From Actinomycetota bacterium (GTDB taxonomy: Bacteria; Actinomycetota; Actinomycetes; S36-B12), in NCBI GenBank assembly GCA_947449945.1, contig CANFTO010000003.1, positions 1 through 55,782 on the forward strand: a stretch of DNA of 55,782 nucleotides, read 5' to 3'. The notes beneath the pieces are model-generated. The model ran no database searches and had not been told where the DNA came from. It saw nothing but the letters and a program-made list of their open reading frames with translations. Below, in pieces: positions 19,921 to 31,089 of this stretch (its first letter is position 1; each line of letters starts with the position of its first letter). The translations under genes and the position numbers were made by a program.

Positions 19921-20763
19921 ATCTTCATCTGTGGTGAATTCACCCAGGCTCTTCAAATAAGACAACTGCGCTTTCACTGACTGACGCGCTGCGTTTTTTA
20001 ATTTCTCTGGCGTATCTGCATACACAATCTCCAACACGTCTGTTGAAGTTTTGGCTCCGTTCTTCACCACTTCGCGCACCTCCTCTAACCGTGCAATGCG
20101 GTGATCAAAATAGGCGTCGAGGATGTCAGTTGGCCCGGTCAGGGCTGGCCCATGCCCTGGCAAGAGCCAGGAAATCTCATATTTCGCAACAAGTTCTTTC
20201 AATTGCTCAAGGCTGGTGAAGTAGGCACCGAGATCACCGTCGGGAACGGTAATTACCGCCGTGCCGCGACCAAGAACGGTGTCACCAGTCAACAAGGTTT
20301 TGTCGTATGGCAAAAAGAAACTCATGCTGTCTGCTGAGTGACCTGGCGTTGCCACCACATGCATCTCAGTTTCGCCAACAACAATGACATCTCCGTTTGT
20401 GAGCCCTTCCTCACCGAGTCGGTATTGCGGATCAACTGATCGCACTGTCGTCTTCGTTAACTCTGCCAAACCTTTAGCACCAGCCGAGTGATCCGAATGA
20501 CCGTGCGTCAAGATAACCGCACCAACCTCGCAATCGCGCAACGCCGCAGCAGCGACGATCGCTTTGAAATGACTCTTCTCGTCGGGCCCCGGATCAATCA
20601 CGATGCATTTCGACGTCCCTGGTACGTGTAGTAGCCAGGTGTTTGTTCCATCAAGAGTCCAGGCTCCAGCGTTATGCGCCAAAACGCACACCGCGCTGTC
20701 AGTTACTGAGCCACCTTCCCAATCTTCCTTGGACCCAATGAAGGGAAGTGGGCGACCGCTCAT
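19879..20763 (-). CDS. MBL-fold metallo-hydrolase
   Basis: TLDGTNTW, THGHSDH, TPGH, GDTVLG, PGHG. Confidence 0.9.
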   Translation of the reverse strand: MSGRPLPFIGSKEDWEGGSVTDSAVCVLAHNAGAWTLDGTNTWLLHVPGTSKCIVIDPGPDEKSHFKAIVAAAALRDCEVGAVILTHGHSDHSAGAKGLAELTKTTVRSVDPQYRLGEEGLTNGDVIVVGETEMHVVATPGHSADSMSFFLPYDKTLLTGDTVLGRGTAVITVPDGDLGAYFTSLEQLKELVAKYEISWLLPGHGPALTGPTDILDAYFDHRIARLEEVREVVKNGAKTSTDVLEIVYADTPEKLKNAARQSVKAQLSYLKSLGEFTTDEDLTSPLAKALNVKD

Positions 20764-21533
20764 GGCGTATCCGCTGCTTCAACAGGTGGTACGGGGCGAT
20801 CGCGTTCCAGGATCTCACCCGTGCGATCGTGAACGATGGTCCAGTGTTCGTAGCCATCTGCTTCGATTTGCAGGCGATCCATACGCGGCACGATGTCGCG
20901 CGCATCAGCTGCAGCGACAAGCGTTGCGATCTCCGCGTGGTCGAGCAGAAGTGCTAACGCTGCTCGAGTCGGTGCCATGAGCAAGATCTTGCCCTGATCT
21001 GCTTCAGCAATTGCAGCACTTGGCGAAATCCACCGAGCTTCAACGGCTTCGGTGCCATGCGGCTGAGCTATTTGATCTTCTGGCATATGGGTAATGAAAA
21101 ACCGCACGTCATACCGCAACTTTTCCCATTCAGGGGTGACCCAATGGTCGAGTAACACCAACGCATGCGGATCAACGGTGACGCCAGCTTCTTCTTCAAG
21201 TTCCCGCACGGCACATATGAGTAATCCACGCGTCTGAGCGGGATCTGCACTCATGCGCACCGAAAGTGACGCCAGGTTGATGACTTCGTTATCTAAGGCT
21301 TGCCCGCGTTCATAATCTTCGGGATCTAAGCGACCACCAGGGAAAACATAAGCACTCGCAGCAAAAGCCATAGTGCTCGCTCTACACATCATGTAGGTCT
21401 CTAAGCCATCTGTTGTTTCACGCAACAACAACACAGTGGATGCTGCACGTGGCGTGATGGGTTCCCAGCGAGCAGTGCCAGTAGCCAATTCCCGAGCGCG
21501 CGCGAGGGCGTACTCAGGAAAATCCCGAGTCAC
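20760..21533 (-). CDS. NUDIX hydrolase (NudT19-like)
   Basis: YVFPGGRLD, AVRELEEEAG, HWVTPEWEKLRYDVRFF. Confidence 0.88.
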   Translation of the reverse strand: MTRDFPEYALARARELATGTARWEPITPRAASTVLLLRETTDGLETYMMCRASTMAFAASAYVFPGGRLDPEDYERGQALDNEVINLASLSVRMSADPAQTRGLLICAVRELEEEAGVTVDPHALVLLDHWVTPEWEKLRYDVRFFITHMPEDQIAQPHGTEAVEARWISPSAAIAEADQGKILLMAPTRAALALLLDHAEIATLVAAADARDIVPRMDRLQIEADGYEHWTIVHDRTGEILERDRPVPPVEAADTP

Positions 21534-21994
21534 TACTCGGCGACCTCAACAATGAGCTCGACCTCAACTGGTGCATCGAGTGGAAGTGCTGCAACGCCAA
21601 GGGATGACCGGGCATGAACACCCTTGTCACCGAAAGCCTGCAACAGCACGTTGCTTGCACCGTTAACCACTACAGGAGCAGACACAAAGTCAGGAACACT
21701 GGCAACAAAGCCGGTGACCTTCACGATGCGTACGACTTTCTCCAGATCGCCGATCAATCCCTTGACCGCAGCGATGCCGTTGAGCGCACAAATCTTTGCG
21801 AGCTCATGGGCCTCATCAGGAGTGACGGTGCCACCAACCTTGCCGGTTTGTGGAAGCTCGCCATTGACCATAGGAAGCTGGCCTGACAAGAAGATGAGGT
21901 TTCCACTGCGCACCGCTGGAACGTAGGCCGCTACTGGCGTTGCAATTTCAGGCAGGGTTAGGCCGATCTCGGCCAAGCGACTTTCAACAGACAT
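21533..21994 (-). CDS. RidA/YjgF family protein (Rv3678c-like)
   Basis: PVAAYVPA, SGQLP, NGAS, HARS, LPLDAPVEVE. Confidence 0.9.
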   Translation of the reverse strand: MSVESRLAEIGLTLPEIATPVAAYVPAVRSGNLIFLSGQLPMVNGELPQTGKVGGTVTPDEAHELAKICALNGIAAVKGLIGDLEKVVRIVKVTGFVASVPDFVSAPVVVNGASNVLLQAFGDKGVHARSSLGVAALPLDAPVEVELIVEVAE

Positions 21995-22006
21995 GAGTGA
22001 TGCTCC

Positions 22007-22165
22007 TTATCCAGCCAGTGGGCGCTTGAAGTAAGCCACGAGTTGTTCGGCATTTTGGCCCGGCACAACCTGAACTAATTCCCAGCCATCAAGACCCCAG
22101 TTATCAAGGATCTGCTTGGTTGCGTGGATGAGCAGCGGTGCGGTGGCGTATTCCCATTTGGTCAT
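22007..22165 (-). CDS. DUF4177-family small protein (52 aa, Rv3678A-like)
   Basis: Not in the ORF track; manual translation MTKWEYATAPLLIHATKQILDNWGLDGWELVQVVPGQNAEQLVAYFKRPLAG. Confidence 0.88.
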   Translation of the reverse strand: MTKWEYATAPLLIHATKQILDNWGLDGWELVQVVPGQNAEQLVAYFKRPLAG

Positions 22166-22225
22166 GGAATGACCCTAGCGAGTGCGACCTGCGCTTCGAA
22201 CGGCAGTTGAGATTACGCTGGAGAG

Positions 22226-23209
22226 ATGGTCAATTGGTCGGGCACCGCGCTGCATGTGGTTTCCGGCAAGGGTGGCGCAGGTAAAACCACTGTCGCTGCA
22301 GCCTTGGCCATGAATTTGGCCCGCGATGGCAAGCGCACCTTGCTGATGGAAGTTGAAGGCCGGCAGGGAATTGCCCAACTCTTTGACACCGCTCCCCTGC
22401 CCTATGAAGAACGCCGGATAGCGATTGCACCGGGCGATGGGGAAGTCTGGGCACTGGCCGTTGACGCTGATGAAGCGCTTGTTGACTACTTAGCGACCTT
22501 CTATAACTTAGGCCGAGCCGGATCTGCGTTACGCAAAATGGGCGCCATTGATTTCGCCACCACCCTTGCTCCCGGCCTACGCGATGTACTGCTGACAGGT
22601 AAGGCCTGTGAGTTAGTGCGGCGCAAAACTAAGCGCGCCGACAATGCCTATGACGCCATCGTGATTGATGCCCCGCCTACTGGGCGTATCGAACAGTTTC
22701 TCAACGTAACCTCGCAAGTTTCTGCTCTCGCGAAAACCGGCCCGATTCATCGCCACGCTGAAATGGTGATGGGGGTCATTGGATCACCACAAACAGCAGT
22801 GCATCTTGTAACTCTGCTCGAAGAAATGCCCGTTCAAGAAACTATTGATGGCATTGCTCAACTGCGCGCAGCCGAACTTCCCGTCGGCGCAATCTTCATC
22901 AATATGGTGCGCGATGCACTCCTAGATGAGAAACAGATGACAAAGGTGCGCAAGGGGACCCTCGGCATTAAGAAACTGAGTGACATTGCAGTTGCTGCGG
23001 GGATCCATCAAGCCCCATCCGTACTTGCAGTTGCCTTACTTCAAGAGGCACATGATCACGTAGACCGTTCAGATCTTGAGGCCCGTGAGAGCCAGCGCAT
23101 CGACGAACTCGATCTCCCAACGATTTCCTTGCCATTAATTTCACGCGGAATAGATCTCGGAAGTTTGTATCTACTTGCCGACGCAATGTTTGAACAAGGT
23201 GTGCGATGA
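22226..23209 (+). CDS. ArsA/GET3-like ATPase (Rv3679-like)
   Basis: SGKGGAGKTT, DAPPTGRI, LLEEMPVQET. Confidence 0.9.
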   Translation: MVNWSGTALHVVSGKGGAGKTTVAAALAMNLARDGKRTLLMEVEGRQGIAQLFDTAPLPYEERRIAIAPGDGEVWALAVDADEALVDYLATFYNLGRAGSALRKMGAIDFATTLAPGLRDVLLTGKACELVRRKTKRADNAYDAIVIDAPPTGRIEQFLNVTSQVSALAKTGPIHRHAEMVMGVIGSPQTAVHLVTLLEEMPVQETIDGIAQLRAAELPVGAIFINMVRDALLDEKQMTKVRKGTLGIKKLSDIAVAAGIHQAPSVLAVALLQEAHDHVDRSDLEARESQRIDELDLPTISLPLISRGIDLGSLYLLADAMFEQGVR

Positions 23210-24351
23210 ACAACATCAACGCACCACAACTGTATCTCGATGATGTTGTACTCAACCCTGAGATTCACATCGTCGTGTGCACGGGTTCAGGCGGCGTTGG
23301 TAAAACCACGACTGCTGCGGCTATTGCACTTCGCGCTGCCGAACATGGCCGAAAGGTCTGCGTGTTAACTATTGATCCAGCACGACGTTTAGCTCAGGCA
23401 CTCGGGATTGAACATCTGGATAACACTCCACGCGCTGTGGAAGGTATCCAAGGTAGCGGTTCACTCGACGCGATGATGCTTGATATGAAACGTACTTTCG
23501 ACGAGGTTGTCGAAGGTCATTCAGACCCTGAACGTGCTCAACAGATTCTCAATAACCCATTTTACCAATCGCTTTCGTCCTCCTTTGCTGGAACTCAGGA
23601 ATACATGGCGATGGAAAAACTTGGACAACTTCATGCGCAAGCCCAGGCTGATGGAAGATGGGATCTGATTGTTGTAGATACGCCACCTTCGCGTAGCGCA
23701 CTTGATTTCCTCGATGCGCCAGCCCGCTTGGGATCATTCCTTGATGGGAAGTTCATTCGCATTCTTTCCGCTCCTGCGCGCGGCGCTGGGCGTGGCATTG
23801 GAAAAATCGCTGCGATGGGCTTTGGTTTCTTCACGAGTGCATTGTCAAAGATCCTTGGCTCACAGGTGCTCAATGATGTTGGCGCTTTTGTTGCAGCGAT
23901 TGACTCCACCTTTGGTGGGTTCCGCGAGCGGGCAGATGCAACCTATGCCCTTCTCAAAGACAGTCATACGTCATTCATTGTGATTGCCGCTCCTGAAGCT
24001 GACGCAATTCGCGAGGCTTCGTTCTTCGTCGAGCGATTGAATTCAGATCACATGCCTCTTGCAGGTCTCGTGCTGAATCGGGTTACGGAAGTGACCATGC
24101 CTGAAGTCACGCGTGAACAGGCACTTGCCGCGGCTCAGGAATTGGCAGCTGGGGATGCTGCAAGCAAATTCACCGCGGCATTACTGGAATTGCACGCCCA
24201 ACGAGTTTCCCAAGCTGAGCGGCAACTGGAGTTTGCACATCGGTTTACGTCAGCCCACCCAGGGATTCGGGTCACAACCGTGCGTGCGTTAGCTCAAGAT
24301 GTGCATGACCTTGATGGATTACGCGAAATTGGTACGTTGCTGACCGCTTAA
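23206..24351 (+). CDS. ArsA/GET3-like ATPase (Rv3680-like)
   Basis: GSGGVGKTT, TIDPARRLA, AGTQEYMAMEKL, DTPPSRSALDFL. Confidence 0.92.
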   Translation: MNNINAPQLYLDDVVLNPEIHIVVCTGSGGVGKTTTAAAIALRAAEHGRKVCVLTIDPARRLAQALGIEHLDNTPRAVEGIQGSGSLDAMMLDMKRTFDEVVEGHSDPERAQQILNNPFYQSLSSSFAGTQEYMAMEKLGQLHAQAQADGRWDLIVVDTPPSRSALDFLDAPARLGSFLDGKFIRILSAPARGAGRGIGKIAAMGFGFFTSALSKILGSQVLNDVGAFVAAIDSTFGGFRERADATYALLKDSHTSFIVIAAPEADAIREASFFVERLNSDHMPLAGLVLNRVTEVTMPEVTREQALAAAQELAAGDAASKFTAALLELHAQRVSQAERQLEFAHRFTSAHPGIRVTTVRALAQDVHDLDGLREIGTLLTA

Positions 24352-24653
24352 GAAACTCGGGCAACAACTTGAGTGCCGCGGGAGTAATCATCGCTGGCGT
24401 TCTGCAACAACATGCTCCAAGAAGCAACATTTGGACGGCGACGAAGTAGCGCACGGCGCTCACGTTCGGTCATGCCACCCCAGACGCCAAATTCAACGCG
24501 ATTATCAAGAGCGTCGGCCAGACATTCAGTGCGAACAACGCATCCAGCACAGATTTGCTTGACCCTGTTTTGGGCTGCGCCCTGGACAAAGAGCATGTCG
24601 GGATCTGCGGTCTTACATGCAGCATTTGCGGCCCAGTCAGTATCAAAAGTCAT
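24348..24653 (-). CDS. whiB4: WhiB4/WblA Fe-S transcription factor
   Basis: Four Cys; LFVQGAAQNRVKQIC; EFGVWGGMTERERRALL. Confidence 0.92.
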   Translation of the reverse strand: MTFDTDWAANAACKTADPDMLFVQGAAQNRVKQICAGCVVRTECLADALDNRVEFGVWGGMTERERRALLRRRPNVASWSMLLQNASDDYSRGTQVVARVS

Positions 24654-24758
24654 CTGCGAAATTCCCCTTTTGCCCCAATGTCCACCCATGTGAAGGTGAA
24701 CTGCTGTTCATCTGTGCGAGCGAATCTACGCAGATGTCACATCGCACAATAGGTTCAT

Positions 24759-24782
24759 AAGAACTATTTAGTAATAGTTCTT
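24759..24782. promoter_or_regulatory. AT-rich perfect palindrome upstream of whiB4
   Basis: AAGAACTATT-tagt-AATAGTTCTT. Confidence 0.45.
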
Positions 24783-24806
24783 TATAACTATAAGGGGTGA
24801 AGGAAT

Positions 24807-25274
24807 TTATCCCATTCCGAGGGCTGTTTTCACGGCGGCTGCCACAAATCCGCCGTCAGCCCGGCCTTTCACCTGCGGCTGAACTACCTTCATGACTGCA
24901 CCTAGGGCAGCGCCACCTGTTGCACCACTGGCCTGCACTTGCGCAACCGCGGCCGCGATGATGGCTTGGACCTCCGCCTCACTTAATGAAGCCGGCAGGT
25001 ATTTCTCCAGCACGCCAAGCTCCTCGCGCTCCTTCGCAGCAAGCTCAGGGCGTTGCGCATCGTCATAGGCCTGGGCGGCTTCTTTGCGCTTCTTCGCCTC
25101 ACGGCCAAGCACGGTCAGAACCTCATCGTCAGAGAGCACGCGGGCTTCCTTGCCGGAAACCTCCTCATTGGTGACCGCAGTCAGTGCCATCCGAAGGGTG
25201 GATGAGGTGAGCGAATCACGGCTCTTGATCGATGCGGTCAGGTCAGCATGCAACTGCTCCTTTAAGGAAGTCAT
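24807..25274 (-). CDS. GatB/YqeY domain protein
   Basis: LKEQLHADL...EAKKRKEAA...YLPASLSE...GRADG. Confidence 0.9.
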   Translation of the reverse strand: MTSLKEQLHADLTASIKSRDSLTSSTLRMALTAVTNEEVSGKEARVLSDDEVLTVLGREAKKRKEAAQAYDDAQRPELAAKEREELGVLEKYLPASLSEAEVQAIIAAAVAQVQASGATGGAALGAVMKVVQPQVKGRADGGFVAAAVKTALGMG

Positions 25275-25335
25275 GGATCCATTGTGGCCTAGAACCCAAT
25301 TGGTGGGAACCGCTTTGGGATGGGACGATCAAGTC

Positions 25336-26259
25336 ATGGGTCTAGGCAAAAAGGTGATGGGGACCGCGGCGATCGGTGCCGCGGGCTTGGCTTATGCCTA
25401 CTGGGAAGCTCAACAGTTCACCCTTCGACACAAGGAAGTCACCGTGCTGCCTCTTGGTCAGCCCGACTTACGCGTGCTGCACCTCTCAGATTTGCACTTC
25501 ATTCCCGGTCAGACCAAAAAACATGAGTGGCTCCATGCACTGCGAGACACCAACCCAGATCTCGTCGTGGTCACCGGTGATTTCTTGGCACACGTCGATG
25601 CAATTCCACACGTGCTCGACAGCCTAGATCCGCTGTTCGACCTCCCTGGTGTCTTTGTGCTTGGCAGCAATGACTACTTCGCCCCACGGCCAATTAACCC
25701 GGCGAAATACTTCACAGGCCCATCGCAACTTGAACCAACGCGGCCAATGCTTCCTTGGCACGATCTCGTTGATGGGCTCAAAGACAATGGTTGGCTTGAT
25801 CTTTCGAATACCTCAGCAATGGTTGTCGCAGACGGACGTACCCTTGATGTGCGCGGCGTTGACGATCCACACATTGGCCGCGATCGTTACGACGAAGTCG
25901 CGGGAGCATTCGATACATCCGCCGACTTAGCTCTAGGTGTGGTGCACGCGCCCTACCGCCGTGTTCTTGATGGCTTCATTGGCGACGGTGCTGATCTCGT
26001 ACTCGCAGGTCATACACATGGTGGTCAATTACGTGTTCCTGGATACGGAGCGCTTGTCACTAATTGCGATTTAGATCGATCAAAGGCACGCGGTTTGAGT
26101 GAATACGACGTGCTACGTGAAGACGGCAGCTGGCATGTAGCACCGCTGCATGTATCTGCCGGATGTGGCACATCGCCATATGCACCATTCCGTTTTGCGT
26201 GTCGACCAGAAGCCACTTTGCTCACCCTTAGCTCTCCGGTTTCTGCAAATCTTCGTTAG
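25336..26259 (+). CDS. Calcineurin-like metallophosphoesterase (Rv3683-like)
   Basis: LHLSDLH, TGD, GSNDY, GHTHGGQ, PFRFACRPEA. Confidence 0.9.
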   Translation: MGLGKKVMGTAAIGAAGLAYAYWEAQQFTLRHKEVTVLPLGQPDLRVLHLSDLHFIPGQTKKHEWLHALRDTNPDLVVVTGDFLAHVDAIPHVLDSLDPLFDLPGVFVLGSNDYFAPRPINPAKYFTGPSQLEPTRPMLPWHDLVDGLKDNGWLDLSNTSAMVVADGRTLDVRGVDDPHIGRDRYDEVAGAFDTSADLALGVVHAPYRRVLDGFIGDGADLVLAGHTHGGQLRVPGYGALVTNCDLDRSKARGLSEYDVLREDGSWHVAPLHVSAGCGTSPYAPFRFACRPEATLLTLSSPVSANLR

Positions 26260-26296
26260 ACTCATCTACTTACCCGAGCGTTAAGGAGTAACAGTT

Positions 26297-27076
26297 ATGG
26301 ACCTACGTCCCGCTGTTCGCGACCTCGGAAAAACCACTGGCAAATACGTTCAATCAATGGGTTGGCGCTCAGTCAATAACCACCTGAACATCTCGCTTGT
26401 CAATAAATACGTGTACTTCGAGGTTCCTAAAGCTGGCTGCGGAACGATGAAGTCAACCCTTGGTGGTTTGGAAGCTGCGCGCTTCAATGAATCCTTGGTT
26501 GAGCTCGTGCAAGACAACCCGCATCAACGTAAAAATGCGACGCCATTCGTCAAGCCCTATCAACTGCCAAATGATGAACTTGAGGATGCACTCACCAGCC
26601 GAAAATTCACACGCTTTGCTGTAGTACGCGAACCAGCATCGCGCTTACTTTCTGGTTGGTTGGAAAAGATAACGCAGGGTTTGCAACAAGCCGAACCAAT
26701 CTTTGAGATTCTGAAAGAGCAAGGTCGCGCACCTGAGCTGCCAAAAGACATCTCCTTCGCCGACTTCATTGATGTGGTGTGCGCCCTGCCTTCACGCAAA
26801 CAAGATCCTCATTGGCGTCGACAAACTGATCACATTGGTTTCGATCTCTTTAAGTTCAATGCGTTGATTCATCTTGAAGAACTTGAGAATTCATGGGAAT
26901 TACTCGGCACACTCACCGGCGCTCCTGGCTTGAAGGAAGACTTCTTCTGCAAAAAGGCAACTCATGCTGGGTCACATATGAATGAGCACTACACGCCTGA
27001 ACTTCTGGCGAAGGTGGCAGAAGCTTACGCCGACGACTACAAGGCGTTTGGTTATGCCGTACCGCGCATGGGTTAA
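26297..27076 (+). CDS. Sulfotransferase family 2 protein
   Basis: PAPS motifs YFEVPKAGCGTMK and VVREPASRLLSGW; HWRRQ; YADDYKAFGY. Confidence 0.8.
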   Translation: MDLRPAVRDLGKTTGKYVQSMGWRSVNNHLNISLVNKYVYFEVPKAGCGTMKSTLGGLEAARFNESLVELVQDNPHQRKNATPFVKPYQLPNDELEDALTSRKFTRFAVVREPASRLLSGWLEKITQGLQQAEPIFEILKEQGRAPELPKDISFADFIDVVCALPSRKQDPHWRRQTDHIGFDLFKFNALIHLEELENSWELLGTLTGAPGLKEDFFCKKATHAGSHMNEHYTPELLAKVAEAYADDYKAFGYAVPRMG

Positions 27077-27746
27077 CGCCACTCAAGAAGCTTTAACACC
27101 ACTTGGTGATCCAAAGTCTGCTGAAGGTGCAGCGAACTACATGAAACACATTGCACCCTTCATTGGTATCTCGACTGTTCCGCGACGCGAAGCACTTAAG
27201 GCAGCTTGGAAGCCTCTGCCACCCCTTAATGAAGCAAACCTTGCAAAGTTTTGCGCAGCGATGTGGAAATTACCTGAGCGCGAATATCAATATGCTGCCT
27301 GCGACCTCCTAGCGTGGAATAAGCAACCGCGCAGCTCTGCTTTTTTAATAGAAGCCCTCAAGGGGCTTGTTATTAAGAAGTCATGGTGGGACACCATTGA
27401 TGCCTTGAATTCGAACGCTGTAAATCCACTCGTTCGCCAATACCCCGAGCTTGTCGACACCATGTGGGAATGGATTGAAGACGAAAACATTTGGCTTGTG
27501 CGTGTAGCGATCCAGCATCAGCGTGGGCTTCGTGAGAACACCGATCTTGATTTGCTGTTTTCCATGTGTCAACCGCACATCAATGAAAAGAACTTTTGGA
27601 TAGCAAAAGCTATTGGTTGGGCTTTACGCGATGTTTCCGCCTATTGGCCAGCAGACGTTCAGGCCTTCATCGATCGCAATCCTGGAATCTCAAGCGTTGC
27701 TCGACGCGAAGGTCAGCGCGGCATCGACCGCGCTATCGCGAAATAA
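27054..27746 (+). CDS. AlkD-like DNA alkylation repair protein
   Basis: YMKHIAPFIGI, EREYQY, KSWWDTID, FWIAKAIGWALR. Confidence 0.88.
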   Translation: MPYRAWVNATQEALTPLGDPKSAEGAANYMKHIAPFIGISTVPRREALKAAWKPLPPLNEANLAKFCAAMWKLPEREYQYAACDLLAWNKQPRSSAFLIEALKGLVIKKSWWDTIDALNSNAVNPLVRQYPELVDTMWEWIEDENIWLVRVAIQHQRGLRENTDLDLLFSMCQPHINEKNFWIAKAIGWALRDVSAYWPADVQAFIDRNPGISSVARREGQRGIDRAIAK

Positions 27747-30073
<2,327 letters not shown>

Positions 30074-30119
30074 GAGGGAGAAGTCTACCCGGCAAAACGT
30101 AAGCGTTTTCCTCAAGGGT

Positions 30120-30158
30120 TTATCCACAAACACACACCCAGAAGGGCCCTGTCCACAG
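30120..30158 (+). promoter_or_regulatory. Paired DnaA-box-like direct repeats
   Basis: TTATCCACA (30120-30128) and CTGTCCACAG (30149-30158), cores 29 bp apart. Confidence 0.55.
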
Positions 30159-30271
30159 TTCTAGATTCGCCATGGACGCAGCGAATAGGGCCGACTTACC
30201 TTCACCGGATCTCCCCTTTCGGCATGGGTGCGCAACGTCGGGCGCACCTTTGCTGGGAGAGGAGGTGAAAG

Positions 30272-30394
30272 GTGGATCGGAAATTCGATCAGGGAAGGCG
30301 AAGGGCCCTGATGTACAGCCAATTGTTCATCGCAGTGGCTTGCATCATCAGGGCCCTCGCGGACCTCATTCGGACCCTTAAGGGCACCGGGTGA
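30272..30394 (+). CDS. Unannotated 40-aa hydrophobic/amphipathic peptide, candidate type I toxin
   Basis: AGGAGG (30260-30265) 6 nt before GTG; MDRKFDQGRRRALMYSQLFIAVACIIRALADLIRTLKGTG; alternative ATG at 30311 gives 27 aa. Confidence 0.6.
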   Translation: MDRKFDQGRRRALMYSQLFIAVACIIRALADLIRTLKGTG

Positions 30395-30434
30395 CCTTTC
30401 GGGGCGGCGAGGGGACCTTTCAACCCCTGTCGCC
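30295..30434 (-). ncRNA. Candidate antisense (antitoxin) sRNA of about 140 nt
   Basis: Minus-strand promoter just upstream; 5' hairpin; 12-bp perfect inverted repeat 30302-30313/30346-30357 as a likely 3' stem; ends are approximate. Confidence 0.45.
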
Positions 30435-30436
30435 CC
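30401..30436. terminator. GC-rich hairpin after the small ORF; could also end recR transcription
   Basis: GGGGCGGCGAGGGG...CCCCTGTCGCCCC; no clear U-tract. Confidence 0.55.
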
Positions 30437-30439
30437 ACA

Positions 30440-30468
30440 AATATAAAACGAAAGTTCTCAGAGTTCAA
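30440..30468 (-). promoter_or_regulatory. Near-consensus sigma-A promoter pointing antisense into the small ORF
   Basis: TTGAAC (30468-30463), 17 bp, TATATT (30445-30440). Confidence 0.6.
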
Positions 30469-30495
30469 GATCAGCAGAGCTAGAAAGCCTTGCAA

Positions 30496-31089
30496 TTAAA
30501 CGCGTCGTCGGCCTTCGAAGGCGCGCCCCAGCGTGACTTCATCTGCATATTCAAGGTCGCCGCCAACGGGTAGGCCGCTGGCCAAACGCGACACTGCGAT
30601 GCCTAGCGGAGCAATCATCCGCGCCAAATATGTTGCTGTTGCTTCACCTTCAAGATTTGGGTCAGTTGCCAGAATGATTTCTACGATGGTGGCATCAGAA
30701 AGTCGCGCCATAAGTTCGCGAATGCGCAAGTCATCAGGGCCGATACCTTCAATTGGGCTAATGGCTCCACCTAGCACGTGATAACGACCCTTGAATTCAC
30801 GAGTCTTTTCAATCGCGACCACATCTTTTGATTCTTCAACCACGCAAAGAATTGTTTGATCACGACGAGGATCGCGGCAGATCCGACATTCTTCTTCTTC
30901 AGCAACGTTGCCACACACCGCGCAGAAGCGAACCTTTTCTTTCACTTCACGTAATGCATCAGCTAAGCGCATCACATCAGTTGGATCAGCAGAAAGAATA
31001 TGGAATGCAATGCGCTGGGCACTCTTTGGGCCAACACCTGGAAGTCGACCTAACTCATCAATGAGATCTTGAACAATGCCTTCGTACAT
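30496..31089 (-). CDS. recR: Recombination protein RecR
   Basis: [12 protein letters not shown]4 zinc finger, [20 protein letters not shown]. Confidence 0.97.
   Translation of the reverse strand: MYEGIVQDLIDELGRLPGVGPKSAQRIAFHILSADPTDVMRLADALREVKEKVRFCAVCGNVAEEEECRICRDPRRDQTILCVVEESKDVVAIEKTREFKGRYHVLGGAISPIEGIGPDDLRIRELMARLSDATIVEIILATDPNLEGEATATYLARMIAPLGIAVSRLASGLPVGGDLEYADEVTLGRAFEGRRRV

Noticed and set aside
30120-30158. Replication origin
   Set aside because: Only two boxes, no AT-rich unwinding element and no dnaA/dnaN nearby.
30074-30495. Lysine riboswitch or T-box upstream of lysC
   Set aside because: I found no AGAGGYGC-type lysine aptamer core or T-box motif on the minus strand, and lysC has a TAGACT -10 only 8 nt before its GTG, implying a leaderless transcript. 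An Rfam scan would be the final check.
30289-30495. ORF-track 68-aa minus ORF and the 69/120-aa plus ORFs in this gap
   Set aside because: They have no convincing RBS and no recognisable protein features. The 40-aa plus-strand ORF has far stronger translation signals.
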